From: Candidatus Latescibacterota bacterium
GTDB lineage: Bacteria > Latescibacterota > UBA2968 > GCA-2709665
Direction of reading: 5' to 3'
DNA length: 64,000 nucleotides
Assembly: GCA_965222075.1 (NCBI GenBank)
Contig: OZ244937.1
Coordinates: forward strand, 3,872,001 to 3,936,000
The position numbers and the translations under genes were made by a program. Within the stretch, counting starts at the first letter, position 1, and the number at the start of each line of letters is the position of its first letter. Below are positions 30,096 through 39,881 of the stretch, one piece after another. Under the pieces are notes generated by a model, which was not told where the DNA came from, searched no databases, and was given only the letters and a program-made list of their open reading frames with translations.

Positions 30096-31619
30096 TCACT
30101 GAAGCCATTCACGCAGCTGAGTCTTCAGAATCTTCCCATAATTATTCTTGGGCAGGTGATCGACAAAACAATATGCCCGGGGGCGTTTAAAGCGTGCGAT
30201 ATTGTCCAGACAGAGCGTATCAAGCTCGTCTTCCGCCACCCCCCGGTCCGCTGCTCGAACGACAAAAGCAACCACTTCCTCTCCCCACTCCGGATGGGGC
30301 CGGCCGATCACCGACGCCTCCTGCACCCCCCCGTGCAGCAGCAGGACCTCCTCGACCTCCCGTGGATAGACGTTGGCCCCCCCGCTGATAATCAGATCGT
30401 TCGACCGATCTTTGAGTGTCAGAAAACCGTCCGCATCGAACACCCCCACATCGCCGGTGTGCAGCCAGCCCCCTTTCAGGGACCTCTCCGTCGCCTCCGG
30501 ATTGTCCCAGTACCCGGTCATCACCGAGTCGCCCCGTACCAGCACCTCCCCAAGCTCACCCGGGGGCAGCGGGCGGTCCTCCACGTCGCAAACGCGAACC
30601 TCAACCACCGTATGCGCGACCCCCACCGAGGCAAGGCGTTCCTCATACCGGGGATGGTCCGTATCGGCATGGTGCGCCTTCGACATCGCCGTGATCGTCA
30701 TCGGACTCTCGCCCTGGCCGTAGACCTGGACGAGTTTGCAGCCGAAACACGCCAGCGCCTGTTTCAGGTCCGCCACATACATGGGCCCTCCGCCGTACAC
30801 GAGGGTCTTGAGATTGGCAGTATCCACACGTCCATTGTCGGGATGGTCGACCAGCCGCTTCACCATGGTCGGAGCCATGAAAAAGCTCACCCCCTCATGC
30901 GCGGCGATCAGGTCGAAAATCTCCCCGGGATCGAATGTGCCGCTGGCCGGAATAACCTGCTTCGCCCCCTTGGCAACCTGGGGAAAATTGTACAGCCCGG
31001 AGCCGTGGGACAGGGGCGCTGCGTGGATAATACAGTCCTCAGGTGTAACGCGATCGATATCGGCGAAATAGCTCAGCGTCATCGCCATCAGGTTGCGGTG
31101 GCTCAGCATCGCCCCCTTCGGACGTCCCGTCGTACCGCTGGTGTAGAACAGCCAGGCCGTGTCGTCCGGCGCGCGGTCCTGCATCTCCACCGCATCCCCA
31201 CCAAACAGCGCGTCGTAGTCGGGGCTTGAAACACGGATGACATGCTCCAATGTCGGAATATCCCCCGAAAGCGGCCCAACCGTCTCCTCTAAATCCGGCG
31301 TGACAAAACAGCACCTGCTTCCGGAATTCTCAAGAATATACTGGAATTCGCGCTGATGCAGTCTGGCGTTGATCGGCACCGCACACAATCCGGCGTGCCA
31401 GGCCGCGTAGAGGATCTCGAGGAACGGTGCGCAATTCGCCATCGCCAGGGCGATGCGGTCGCCTGGCTCAAGCCGCAGCCGATCCTGGAATCGACCGGCC
31501 ATCGTCGCCACACGACGCGCGAGATCCCCGTAGGTGCAGTACAGATCTGCCCCCACCGCAATGGCGGGGTTCTCGCCGAAGGTGCACCCGGCTCCTACCA
31601 TAAGATTGGCAATATTCAT
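30096..31619 (-). CDS. Acyl-CoA synthetase (AMP-binding)
   Basis: 'YTSGTTGRPKG', 'YGQGE', 'GWLHTGD', 'GKILK'. Confidence 0.94.
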   Translation of the reverse strand: MNIANLMVGAGCTFGENPAIAVGADLYCTYGDLARRVATMAGRFQDRLRLEPGDRIALAMANCAPFLEILYAAWHAGLCAVPINARLHQREFQYILENSGSRCCFVTPDLEETVGPLSGDIPTLEHVIRVSSPDYDALFGGDAVEMQDRAPDDTAWLFYTSGTTGRPKGAMLSHRNLMAMTLSYFADIDRVTPEDCIIHAAPLSHGSGLYNFPQVAKGAKQVIPASGTFDPGEIFDLIAAHEGVSFFMAPTMVKRLVDHPDNGRVDTANLKTLVYGGGPMYVADLKQALACFGCKLVQVYGQGESPMTITAMSKAHHADTDHPRYEERLASVGVAHTVVEVRVCDVEDRPLPPGELGEVLVRGDSVMTGYWDNPEATERSLKGGWLHTGDVGVFDADGFLTLKDRSNDLIISGGANVYPREVEEVLLLHGGVQEASVIGRPHPEWGEEVVAFVVRAADRGVAEDELDTLCLDNIARFKRPRAYCFVDHLPKNNYGKILKTQLREWLQ

Positions 31620-31669
31620 AGCACTCCACATTCAATTTGGAAAGCGCAACAACGCTCCAACGCCTGCCT

Positions 31670-32515
31670 TTAAAGCACCCACACAATCAAAAACGACGCC
31701 CCCACGTAGGAAAACGCCTCGATAAACCCCGCCCCCACGTTCGGCTTCTCCTGATTGGCGATCTCGTCCGACAGCCGCTGTCCCGGCAGCAGCACCTTGT
31801 CTGTGGCCACCCGCACGATTGGCAGCAGCACCAGCCCCAGCACCGCGTACCCGGCAAACCCCTGCAGGTCCACCGCCCAGGAGATAAAGTCCCCCGTCAC
31901 CGCGTGCCGCACAATATTTCCCAGCCCCACCAGCGCGCCTGCAAACGCCACGCCTGCGGCCGCGTTGTCCTGCTCGATCTCGGCATGGATACCATAAGGC
32001 GTGATCCACTCGTAGACCAACCCACCCATCACCAGCACCCCCTGACCCAGAAGCCAGAAAACCGCCGTGGTGAACACCGTCCCCAACCCGCCCGACACCA
32101 CCCCGTAGATCACCAGTCCGGTCGCGATATAGGAGGCGCACACCACCGCGCCGGTCCCCGCGTTCTGGTCCCGTATTATTTCATCCCGGATCGAAAACCC
32201 GTGCAGGATCAACCGGTCGTTGATCAGCCGCGACAGGTTCATCAACACAATCGACAGCGGGCCGAAAATCATCACATCGATCAGATCCTCCTCCAGCCCG
32301 TGCGACGGCCCTGAGATCACCCCCCCGATCGCCAGCACCAGGCCCAGATAGTAGCCCACCATCGCCACTGCCAGGGCGGCGTTGTCCTTCTCCACCAACT
32401 CCTCGCGCATCCGGTAACTTGGTGTGGTCCAGTCGTACACCAGTTTCCCGATCCAGAACAGCACAAAAGCACAGACGAGATAAATCCCCGAGGCCATCAA
32501 ATTATTTAATATCAT
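31670..32515 (-). CDS. DUF350 (YjfL-like) membrane protein with tandem domains
   Basis: Repeated 'TPSY..EEL.EKDNAA', 'DEI.RDQNAG', 'TPY..AEIEQDNAA', 'DEI..QEKPNVG'; ATGA overlap with the upstream gene. Confidence 0.85.
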   Translation of the reverse strand: MILNNLMASGIYLVCAFVLFWIGKLVYDWTTPSYRMREELVEKDNAALAVAMVGYYLGLVLAIGGVISGPSHGLEEDLIDVMIFGPLSIVLMNLSRLINDRLILHGFSIRDEIIRDQNAGTGAVVCASYIATGLVIYGVVSGGLGTVFTTAVFWLLGQGVLVMGGLVYEWITPYGIHAEIEQDNAAAGVAFAGALVGLGNIVRHAVTGDFISWAVDLQGFAGYAVLGLVLLPIVRVATDKVLLPGQRLSDEIANQEKPNVGAGFIEAFSYVGASFLIVWVL

Positions 32516-33210
32516 TTTCCGAACCCCCCTCTGCTGCGGCTGCCAAAACCGGACCGGCTCCGGCCCGTCCGGCTTCGGACCTTCTGGGAAAACGAGCTCT
32601 TGCGCCGCGCAGTCGCCTGCTTGCGGCGCTCGTAAAACGTCGGCTTCTGCTTTTTGGTCACCGACCCCTGTGTCCCCCACTCCCGGTTGCGCCCATAGTA
32701 GGGCCGCCCCCGGTCCCGGTAGGTCCGGTAATCGTTGTAATCGGCCCGCTGGATCGACCGTCCGCCCCCCCCCATCAGATCCCGCATCAGCGCGTACTGC
32801 CCGTAAAACACCCAGAAACTGGACCCGCCCCGATTGTCCCAGCGCCCGTAGTGCGGGTTGCCCACATAGTGGTAGCCCGCCGGGTGGGGCGTATTGTTCA
32901 CGCCCTTATCCGACTTGGCCGCCAGCGCCATGCCCAGAAAGGCCTCGTACCTCCGATAAACCGACTCGGGCACCTCGATCCAGCCCGTCACGCGCTGCCG
33001 GCCGCCCTGAACCACCTTGTACTTATGGTAGTAGTCCGGGAAAAAACTCCCCTTCTCCTGCATATCCTCAAGCGTAATCGTATACTCCGGAGCGCGCGCC
33101 AGGCTCTTCTGCATCTCCTCCACCGGGTTCCGGGGCCCACCGCAGCCCCACGCCCACAGCAGGAACCCCACAAGCACCACCGGCGATCTGATCCTGCGAA
33201 CACTTTCCAT
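32512..33210 (-). CDS. Predicted lipoprotein with a basic, Gly/Arg/Ser-rich tail
   Basis: Lipobox-like 'LLWAWGC', 'YVGNPHYGRW', 'FWVFYGQYA', tail 'RSRGGFGK'. Confidence 0.75.
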   Translation of the reverse strand: MESVRRIRSPVVLVGFLLWAWGCGGPRNPVEEMQKSLARAPEYTITLEDMQEKGSFFPDYYHKYKVVQGGRQRVTGWIEVPESVYRRYEAFLGMALAAKSDKGVNNTPHPAGYHYVGNPHYGRWDNRGGSSFWVFYGQYALMRDLMGGGGRSIQRADYNDYRTYRDRGRPYYGRNREWGTQGSVTKKQKPTFYERRKQATARRKSSFSQKVRSRTGRSRSGFGSRSRGGFGK

Positions 33211-33435
33211 ACACACCCCCAGTTTCAGCGTTCGACCTCTCCTACCCGATGCTGTTGCCTTTACTGACCCCTGATTTCCATCCCCTCAAAGATATATCCT
33301 CTTTCCCGGCAGGTCAAGGCGCTTGCCTATCCCCGCCTGACATACCAGCTGGATCCCAGCAGAATACCTTCCATAAGGACTAAATTCATATTTATAAAAA
33401 CTTATTTTGATAAAACTGGCGCAGGCGTTGCTGTT

Positions 33436-34779
33436 TCAGACCTGTTGTAACGCTGTTCTCACTGAGGATACGAGTTGGTCAATGTGGGTATCCTCCATAG
33501 GGAGCGAGACGTTTCCGCCCTGTTTCCAGTAGATCCCCTGGTTGAGGAGAGAGAAGGTGAGCCATTTGTGCATGGCCGCGTCGTCCTGGACGGCTGCGCG
33601 GTAGTTGCGCGGTTTTTCGGGGAGGAAGTGGACGCGGAAGAGGGAGCCTGCGACGGTGACCTGGGCCTGGATGTCGGCCTCTTTGAATACGGCGTCCAGT
33701 TTTGATCCCAGCCGCACGGTCAATGAATTCAGTTTGGCGTAGGCCCCGGGTGTGAGGATGCGAAGCGTGGCGAGGCCGGCGACCATGGCGATGGGATTGG
33801 CGTTGTAGGTGCCGGAATGCGGAATCTGGGGTGCGCCGGAGGTGGGGTCGTAGAGGGCCATGACATCGGCCCGGCCGCCGAAGACGCTGCCGGGGGTTCC
33901 GCCCGCGACGACTTTGCCCATGCAGGTGAGGTCCGGCCGGACGTTGTAGCGTTCCTGGGCGCCGCCCCGGGAGACCCTGAAGCTGATGATTTCGTCGAAG
34001 ATGAGGAGGACGCCTGCGCCTTCGGTGATTTCTCTGAGGCGGGTGAGAAAACCGTTGGCAGGGAGGGTCATTCCCGCGGCCGTGGAGAGGGGGTCCACAA
34101 TGACGGCGGCCAGATCGTTCGCATTTTCGGTGATGATTTCACCGCAGGCTTCGGGGTTGTTGAAGGGGAGGACGATGACGTTTTCCACGGCCTCGGGCGT
34201 GAGGCCCGCCGAGGTGGGAAACGAATGGGGACGGTAGGCGGGACCCAGGTCCGGACCGGGCGGGGGCAGGTAACTGACCATGACGTACTCGTCCATGCCG
34301 TGATACGCGCCCTCGAATTTGGCAATTTTATGCTTGCCTGTAAAGGCCCTGGACGCCCTGATGGCGTTCAATACGGCTTCGGTGCCCGAGCTGCAGAAAC
34401 GCACGCGCTCTAAGGAGGGTATCCGCTCGCGCAGGCACTCGGCCATTTCGACTTCAAGGGCCAGGGGACGGGAGAAGCCGGTGCCTTTTGCCACCCGGTC
34501 CTGGAGCGCACCGACGACGACGGGGTGGGCGTGGCCCAGGATGAGGGCGGTGTTGTTGTTGACGAAGTCGAGCAGGCGGTGGCCGTCTAAGTCGATTAAG
34601 TAGACGCCTTCGCCTCGGTCGGCGTAGATCGGAAAGGGGTCGAAATAGACGCCGGTGCGGGTGTTGCCGCCCGGCAGCGATGTTTTGGCCCGTTCGAACA
34701 TCTGCCGGGAGCGTGGGTTCCTGTCCATGTATTCGGCGATGAGGGCGTCCAGGGAGGCTTGTGTTTTTCGGTTTGCCAT
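33436..34779 (-). CDS. Class III aminotransferase (glutamate-1-semialdehyde aminomutase-like)
   Basis: 'SGTEA', 'GAYHG', 'LIFDEI', 'GK...GG', 'SGTYNANP'; AGAGGTG RBS. Confidence 0.9.
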   Translation of the reverse strand: MANRKTQASLDALIAEYMDRNPRSRQMFERAKTSLPGGNTRTGVYFDPFPIYADRGEGVYLIDLDGHRLLDFVNNNTALILGHAHPVVVGALQDRVAKGTGFSRPLALEVEMAECLRERIPSLERVRFCSSGTEAVLNAIRASRAFTGKHKIAKFEGAYHGMDEYVMVSYLPPPGPDLGPAYRPHSFPTSAGLTPEAVENVIVLPFNNPEACGEIITENANDLAAVIVDPLSTAAGMTLPANGFLTRLREITEGAGVLLIFDEIISFRVSRGGAQERYNVRPDLTCMGKVVAGGTPGSVFGGRADVMALYDPTSGAPQIPHSGTYNANPIAMVAGLATLRILTPGAYAKLNSLTVRLGSKLDAVFKEADIQAQVTVAGSLFRVHFLPEKPRNYRAAVQDDAAMHKWLTFSLLNQGIYWKQGGNVSLPMEDTHIDQLVSSVRTALQQV

Positions 34780-35045
34780 TTTGCACCTCTTTTGGCTTTG
34801 CACCGGCTTGGGGGAATACAACCACAGTCGATAGACTGTCTTTCGTGCCGGATATTTCAAAAGGGCATCACACTTCGAGGTCTTTTCCCAATATAGGGAA
34901 CAAGGGCATGATATCAAGTCTTCTTTCAGATGCGCACCTTCCCTGGCGATGAGCCCGATGCGGTACAAAGCCTGTACTTCTACGCTTTACCTCTTCAAAT
35001 AAGAGGCTTCCAACCTTGTCACCTCAAGCGGCTCAGAGAATTCGT

Positions 35046-35074
35046 TTGACTGCGATCGCTATAGGGATTATCTT
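35046..35074 (+). promoter_or_regulatory. Candidate sigma70 promoter
   Basis: TTGACT-17 nt-TATCTT upstream of the Fe-S remnant and GcvT-family gene. Confidence 0.4.
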
Positions 35075-35340
35075 AATCTCAAGGGGGGATATGCAAAACT
35101 GTATGGTATCCGAAAAGGACAGACCGAGGTACAGAAATGGCGGCTCAACAGCCTGAGGCGCTGAACGGCTCGCTTTGATCGGCAACATCGCCCTGTGATC
35201 CTCGACGTTAGTACGCGATTTCTGAACTATAGATCCCCGTCAGTCGTGCTATCTGGCGGGGATTCTCTACACGGGTTCAGAGGTCCACGGACGTTCCGAG
35301 TTCCACCCTTCCCTAACTTGGAACTGAAAGAATCAAACCT

Positions 35341-35747
35341 ATGGACATACCTACGCGCGAAGTGTTCGGCAACATCACGCCGAAGGGCCGATCACGCTGC
35401 ACGACCCCTGTTACCTGGCGCGGGTAAATGGAGAGGTCGACGCCCAGCGAAAAGTGATCGGTGGGGTTGCTCAGCGTTCCTTCCGCGAAATGCCCCGTCA
35501 CGGCGAGAAGACCTTCTGCTGCGGCGCCGGCGGCGGACGCATGTGGTTCGAGGAGGACCCCAAACAGCGGGTATCGCACCTGCGCGCCCGGGAAGCAGTG
35601 GCCACCGGCGCCGAAACGCTCTGCACCGCCTGCCCGTTCTGCCTCAACATGATAAGCGACGGAATGGCCGCTGTCGAAGGTGGCCAGAATGTGGAAGTGC
35701 TCGATATTTCGGAGGTATTGGTCAATAGCCGAAAAGGAGAATGCTGA
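35341..35747 (+). pseudogene. Internally deleted CCG-domain Fe-S oxidoreductase (FadF/HdrD-like)
   Basis: ATG 35341 gives 'MDIPTREVFGNITP', then out of frame 'ITLHDPCYLARVNG...CCGAGGG...ACPFC'; only one CCG domain remains. Confidence 0.75.
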
Positions 35748-38254
35748 TGCATCTGAATGCCGAAGTTGTGGTAATCGGTGCGGGCATCGTGGGAAACTGC
35801 GTGGCTTACCACCTCGCCAAAAACGGTTGGAAGGACATCCTGTTGCTCGACAAGGGCCCGCTTCCCAACCCGGGCGGTTCGACCGGGCACGCCTCGAACT
35901 TCATTTTTCCCCTCGACCACTCCAAAGAGATGACCCTGCTCACCCTGGACAGCATGAGACAGTACAAGGAACTGGGGGTCTTCACGGAGAGCGGCGGCAT
36001 CGAAGTTGCCCGCACAGAAGAACGTATGGAAGAACTCCGGCGCAGGATGGCTTCGGCAAAAGCCTGGGGCGTAGAAGCGGAACTCATTACAACCGGCGAA
36101 GTCAAGAAGCTGGTGCCGTTTATCAACTCCGACCTCCTCCTTGGCGGCTTCTGGTCTCCCACGGTGGGTGTGGTCGATTCCCTGCGCGCGGGAACGCTCA
36201 TGCGCGAAGAGAGCCAGGCCCTGGGTGCGCTCAAGATTCTGCCAACTACCGAAATCGTGGATATTGAGGTCGAGCATGGGCGCGTAAAGGGAATAAAGAC
36301 CAACAAAGGCGACATCCGTACCGAATACGTGGTCATCGCCTGCGGCGTCTGGAGTCCCCGCATCGCCCGCATGGCCGGCGCCACCATCCCGCTTACCCCG
36401 GCGGTGCACCAGATGATCAGCGTCGGCCCCATCCCGCTCTTCGAGAAGACCGTGGGGGAGATCGAGTACCCCATTGTGCGCGACATGGATACTTTCATGT
36501 ACGAGCGTCAAAACGGCAGCGACATTGAGATCGGCTCCTACGCCCACCGGCCCATTCTCCACGATCCCGACGACATTCCCTCGATCGAAGAAGCGGCCCT
36601 CTCTCCCACCGAGCTGCCCTTCACCCAGGATGACTTCGATCCTCAAATGGAACAGGCCCTGGACCTCATGCCGGATATCCTGGACGACGAACGGGTCGGC
36701 ATCCGTCACGCTGTCAACGGGCTGCTCTCGTTGACCCCGGACGGGGCGCCCATCCTCGGCGAGACGGCCGAGGTCAAAGGCCTCTGGTCCGCTGCCGCAG
36801 TGTGGATCAAGGAAGGCCCCGGGGTAGGACGGGTTGTTGCCGAGTGGATGACCACAGGAGCGCCGGAAATCGACCCGCACACCTCGGATGTCGCCCGCTT
36901 CTACGACTACGCCCGATCCAGAGCGCATATCCACGGCCGCACCTCCGAGGCGTTCAACAAGACCTACGGAATCATCCACCCGGCGGAACAATGGGCGTCG
37001 AACCGAAACGTCCGGGTCAGCCCCTTCTACACGCGTGAGGAGGCGCTTGGCGCGGTGTTCTTCGAAACGGCCGGCTGGGAACGCCCGCACTGGTACGCCT
37101 TCAACAAGAACCTGCTGGAGACGTACGCCAACCGTGTCCAGGACCGTCCCGCAGAGTGGGATTCACGGTGGTGGTCGCCCATCGTCAACGCCGAGCACCT
37201 GGCCATGCGTGACCGGGTCGCGATCATCGACCTGACGGCCCTTGCCGTCTTCGACGTAATCGGTCCCGGTGCCCTCGACTATATCCAGCGCATGGCCGTA
37301 AACCAGATGGATGTCAAGGTCGGGCGGGCGGTCTACACCCCACTGCTGAACGCACACGGCGGTTTCAAGGCCGATTTGACCATCACGCGTCGTGGCGAAA
37401 ATGAATTCCGAATCGTCACCGGCGGTGCCGATGGCCCCAGGGACAAGAAGTGGTTTCGTGACCACCTTCCGGAGGACGGCGCCGTGCAGCTCCACGACCT
37501 CACCTCGGCCCTGTGCACGGTCGGTGTCTGGGGCCCCCATGCACGCGACCTCCTCCAAACGGTCACCGAAGACGACGTCTCTGATGCCGGCTTCTCCTAC
37601 GGCACAGCTGTGGACATCACCATCGGCACCGTGAGGGTATGGGCGTTGCGCATCTCCTATGTGGGTGAACTCGGTTGGGAGCTTTACGTGCCCATGGAGC
37701 AGGGACTGCTGGTCTGGGACACCCTCTGGGAGGCCGGCCAGAAATATGGGATCGTACCGGCCGGCATTGGCGTATACGGTACCACTGCCCGTCTGGAGAA
37801 GGGCTACCGGCTCTTCGGAAGCGAACTTGAGTCCGACTACAACCCGGTCGAAGCCGGCCTTGCCCGTCCGAAGGTCAAACGCCATGATTTCATCGGCAAA
37901 GCAGCCTACCTGCAGGCTCGCGCCGAGCCGCCGGCCGCGCACCTGTGCACTCTGACGGTGGAAGATCACACTTCCTCGTCGGGCGTGCGCCGCTGCATGC
38001 TCGGCCGCGAGCCGATCTTAACGTCAGACGGCGACGCCATTGTAGACAGCAAGGGCAGGCGCTCGTACGTAACCAGCGCGGGGGCGGGGCCGTCGGTGGG
38101 CAAGCACCTTTTGCTCGCCTACCTGCCGCCAGGGTATGCCAGGGTCGGTACCTACCTGACCGTCGAGTACATGGCCGAGCGCTACCCGGTAACCGTCGCC
38201 GTCGTGGGCAGCACGCCCTTTTTCGATCCCTACAACGCACGCATGAAAAATTGA
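35741..38254 (+). CDS. GcvT-family FAD/folate amine dehydrogenase (dimethylglycine dehydrogenase/oxidase-like)
   Basis: 'IGAGIVG', 'GGSTGHAS', 'TPDG.PILG', 'GWERP', '[11 protein letters not shown]', 'RLEKGY'. Confidence 0.92.
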   Translation: MLMHLNAEVVVIGAGIVGNCVAYHLAKNGWKDILLLDKGPLPNPGGSTGHASNFIFPLDHSKEMTLLTLDSMRQYKELGVFTESGGIEVARTEERMEELRRRMASAKAWGVEAELITTGEVKKLVPFINSDLLLGGFWSPTVGVVDSLRAGTLMREESQALGALKILPTTEIVDIEVEHGRVKGIKTNKGDIRTEYVVIACGVWSPRIARMAGATIPLTPAVHQMISVGPIPLFEKTVGEIEYPIVRDMDTFMYERQNGSDIEIGSYAHRPILHDPDDIPSIEEAALSPTELPFTQDDFDPQMEQALDLMPDILDDERVGIRHAVNGLLSLTPDGAPILGETAEVKGLWSAAAVWIKEGPGVGRVVAEWMTTGAPEIDPHTSDVARFYDYARSRAHIHGRTSEAFNKTYGIIHPAEQWASNRNVRVSPFYTREEALGAVFFETAGWERPHWYAFNKNLLETYANRVQDRPAEWDSRWWSPIVNAEHLAMRDRVAIIDLTALAVFDVIGPGALDYIQRMAVNQMDVKVGRAVYTPLLNAHGGFKADLTITRRGENEFRIVTGGADGPRDKKWFRDHLPEDGAVQLHDLTSALCTVGVWGPHARDLLQTVTEDDVSDAGFSYGTAVDITIGTVRVWALRISYVGELGWELYVPMEQGLLVWDTLWEAGQKYGIVPAGIGVYGTTARLEKGYRLFGSELESDYNPVEAGLARPKVKRHDFIGKAAYLQARAEPPAAHLCTLTVEDHTSSSGVRRCMLGREPILTSDGDAIVDSKGRRSYVTSAGAGPSVGKHLLLAYLPPGYARVGTYLTVEYMAERYPVTVAVVGSTPFFDPYNARMKN

Positions 38255-38255
38255 A

Positions 38256-38543
38256 CGCGGAGCCTCGCGTGCGGTCACAACACACGGCTGGCGGCCTCAC
38301 TCCGATCAGGTTGGACAGACCGGGGCGCGGATTGCGCCCGATCTGTACATCGCCTGCGGAATCAGCGGAGCGATTCAGCATCTGGTCGGCTGCAAGGCAT
38401 CCAAGCACATCCTGGCGATCAACACCGACCCGGAGGCACCGATCGTGACCAAAGCCGACTACGCAGTGATCGGCGACCTCCACGAGGTCGTTCCGGCCCT
38501 GTGTGAGGAAATCAGGAAAGTCAAGAAAGTCGCACCATCATAA
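38256..38543 (+). pseudogene. etfA: C-terminal fragment of electron transfer flavoprotein alpha subunit
   Basis: Hand translation with no start codon: [81 protein letters not shown]...*. Confidence 0.9.
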
Positions 38544-38600
38544 TCCAGGGCGAATCAACGCGACTCCTTCTGGTGAGCGGCCAGGACGGCCGCCGCAGAC

Positions 38601-39755
38601 TCAAACGCCGTCCTGTCGCTTCCACGTAAGCGGCAGCGGGTACCAGGATTCGAGGGGTGCCGCCACCTCCGGCAGGGGCATCACCAGCGATGGCGGCAGC
38701 GGGCCGAACAGGAGGCGCATTGCCGTCGGCGCATCGCAGGACACGTCGGGGTCCTCATCCGCTGCCGCACAACCCGCTTCGTCCCTATCCGCCTGCAGCC
38801 GGATGGCGCCATAATCCTTGATGCCGACCACCACAGCCCCATCCGCCATCGGACCGCTGAGCCGCCGCATCTTCATCAGCGCATCGGTTACGGCAGCCCA
38901 GTCGATCACCTGCCAATTGCCCGAGGATTTCACGCTGGTTGATTCGCAGATGCGTCCGAGCCTGTGGATCAGATTGCAGGCGATGGGAGCGATGTCGATC
39001 GTTGCACTCTGCTCACTGTGATGGGCCACCCACGCTTGAAGCATCTCCAATACGATATCATCACCCTCGGCGCCCAGTTCGGCCACGTAATCCGATTTCT
39101 CGTTGGCCGCAAGATAGCCCACCATGCGGCCGCTGCCATCCAGCGCGGCGAACAACCCGAAGGACCGGCTTGTACAGTATATGTGGAAGTCTTCCAGCAA
39201 CCGCTGGCAATACATGGGCTGCGCGTCGTGCAACGCTTTGGCCCTGGCAATACGCTCCCGGTCTTCGGGTCCGATTGCCTCAAAGCGGATATCCAAATCG
39301 CCCTCAAAACAGTGTTTCAGATTCCTCTTGTTCACCGTGAACACGCTCGTATTCCCGCACCGTTCGTACCCGAAGTACAGGTAGCGCTGGCGCTGGCCTC
39401 CGAGCCAGGAAAGCGGATACTTCTGTGCTTTCATCAGCTTCACGCAGTGTTCCATCAGCGCTGTCATCAGGCCCGAGCCGCGCAGGTCCGGATGGGCGGA
39501 CACACCGCCGATGCCCCCGACCCGAAGCGCCGCGTCGCCCACATGCCAGGTGGTGGGAAACAGACCCACGACGGCGCAGATGCGCCCATCCCTTTTGATC
39601 GCGTAGTTGTTGGCCATGTGCCTGTCGGTTGGCCGGTAAATGGATGGAAGCATTTCTGCAAAATCGATCGGACCGTGTTCGCTGAAGGCGAGGTTGAGAA
39701 AATCTATCGCCTCCTCGAAATCGTCTGCAGTAAGCTGGGTAATATCATCGGCCAT
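38601..39755 (-). CDS. GNAT-family acetyltransferase (Eis-like, long form)
   Basis: 'GIGGVSAHPDLRGSGLMTALM', 'YLYFGYE', SCP2-like C-terminus. Confidence 0.82.
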   Translation of the reverse strand: MADDITQLTADDFEEAIDFLNLAFSEHGPIDFAEMLPSIYRPTDRHMANNYAIKRDGRICAVVGLFPTTWHVGDAALRVGGIGGVSAHPDLRGSGLMTALMEHCVKLMKAQKYPLSWLGGQRQRYLYFGYERCGNTSVFTVNKRNLKHCFEGDLDIRFEAIGPEDRERIARAKALHDAQPMYCQRLLEDFHIYCTSRSFGLFAALDGSGRMVGYLAANEKSDYVAELGAEGDDIVLEMLQAWVAHHSEQSATIDIAPIACNLIHRLGRICESTSVKSSGNWQVIDWAAVTDALMKMRRLSGPMADGAVVVGIKDYGAIRLQADRDEAGCAAADEDPDVSCDAPTAMRLLFGPLPPSLVMPLPEVAAPLESWYPLPLTWKRQDGV

Positions 39756-39820
39756 GTGAATCGGCTCCCCTGTGTTTTTTTGCACCGGAACACTGTCTTA
39801 TGTTCACAGAAAACCTCCGA

Positions 39821-39853
39821 GGAAGCCCACGGATTTATCCGTGGGTGACTGAC
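39821..39853. mobile_element. Orphan IS200/IS605-type terminal hairpin
   Basis: GGAAG-CCCACGGA-TTTA-TCCGTGGG-TGAC-TGAC; no tnpA or tnpB nearby. Confidence 0.55.
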
Positions 39854-39881
39854 GTGCTCGCGGCCCCTGTCCGCCCCCGGG

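Noticed and set aside
33436-34779. Calling the class III aminotransferase hemL
   Set aside because: The family is clear, but there is no heme-pathway context and such paralogues are common, so no symbol was given
35091-35156. 21-aa ORF (MQNCMVSEKDRPRYRNGGSTA) as a leader peptide, or a glycine riboswitch upstream of the GcvT-family gene
   Set aside because: No regulatory codon run, attenuator or glycine-aptamer motif was visible
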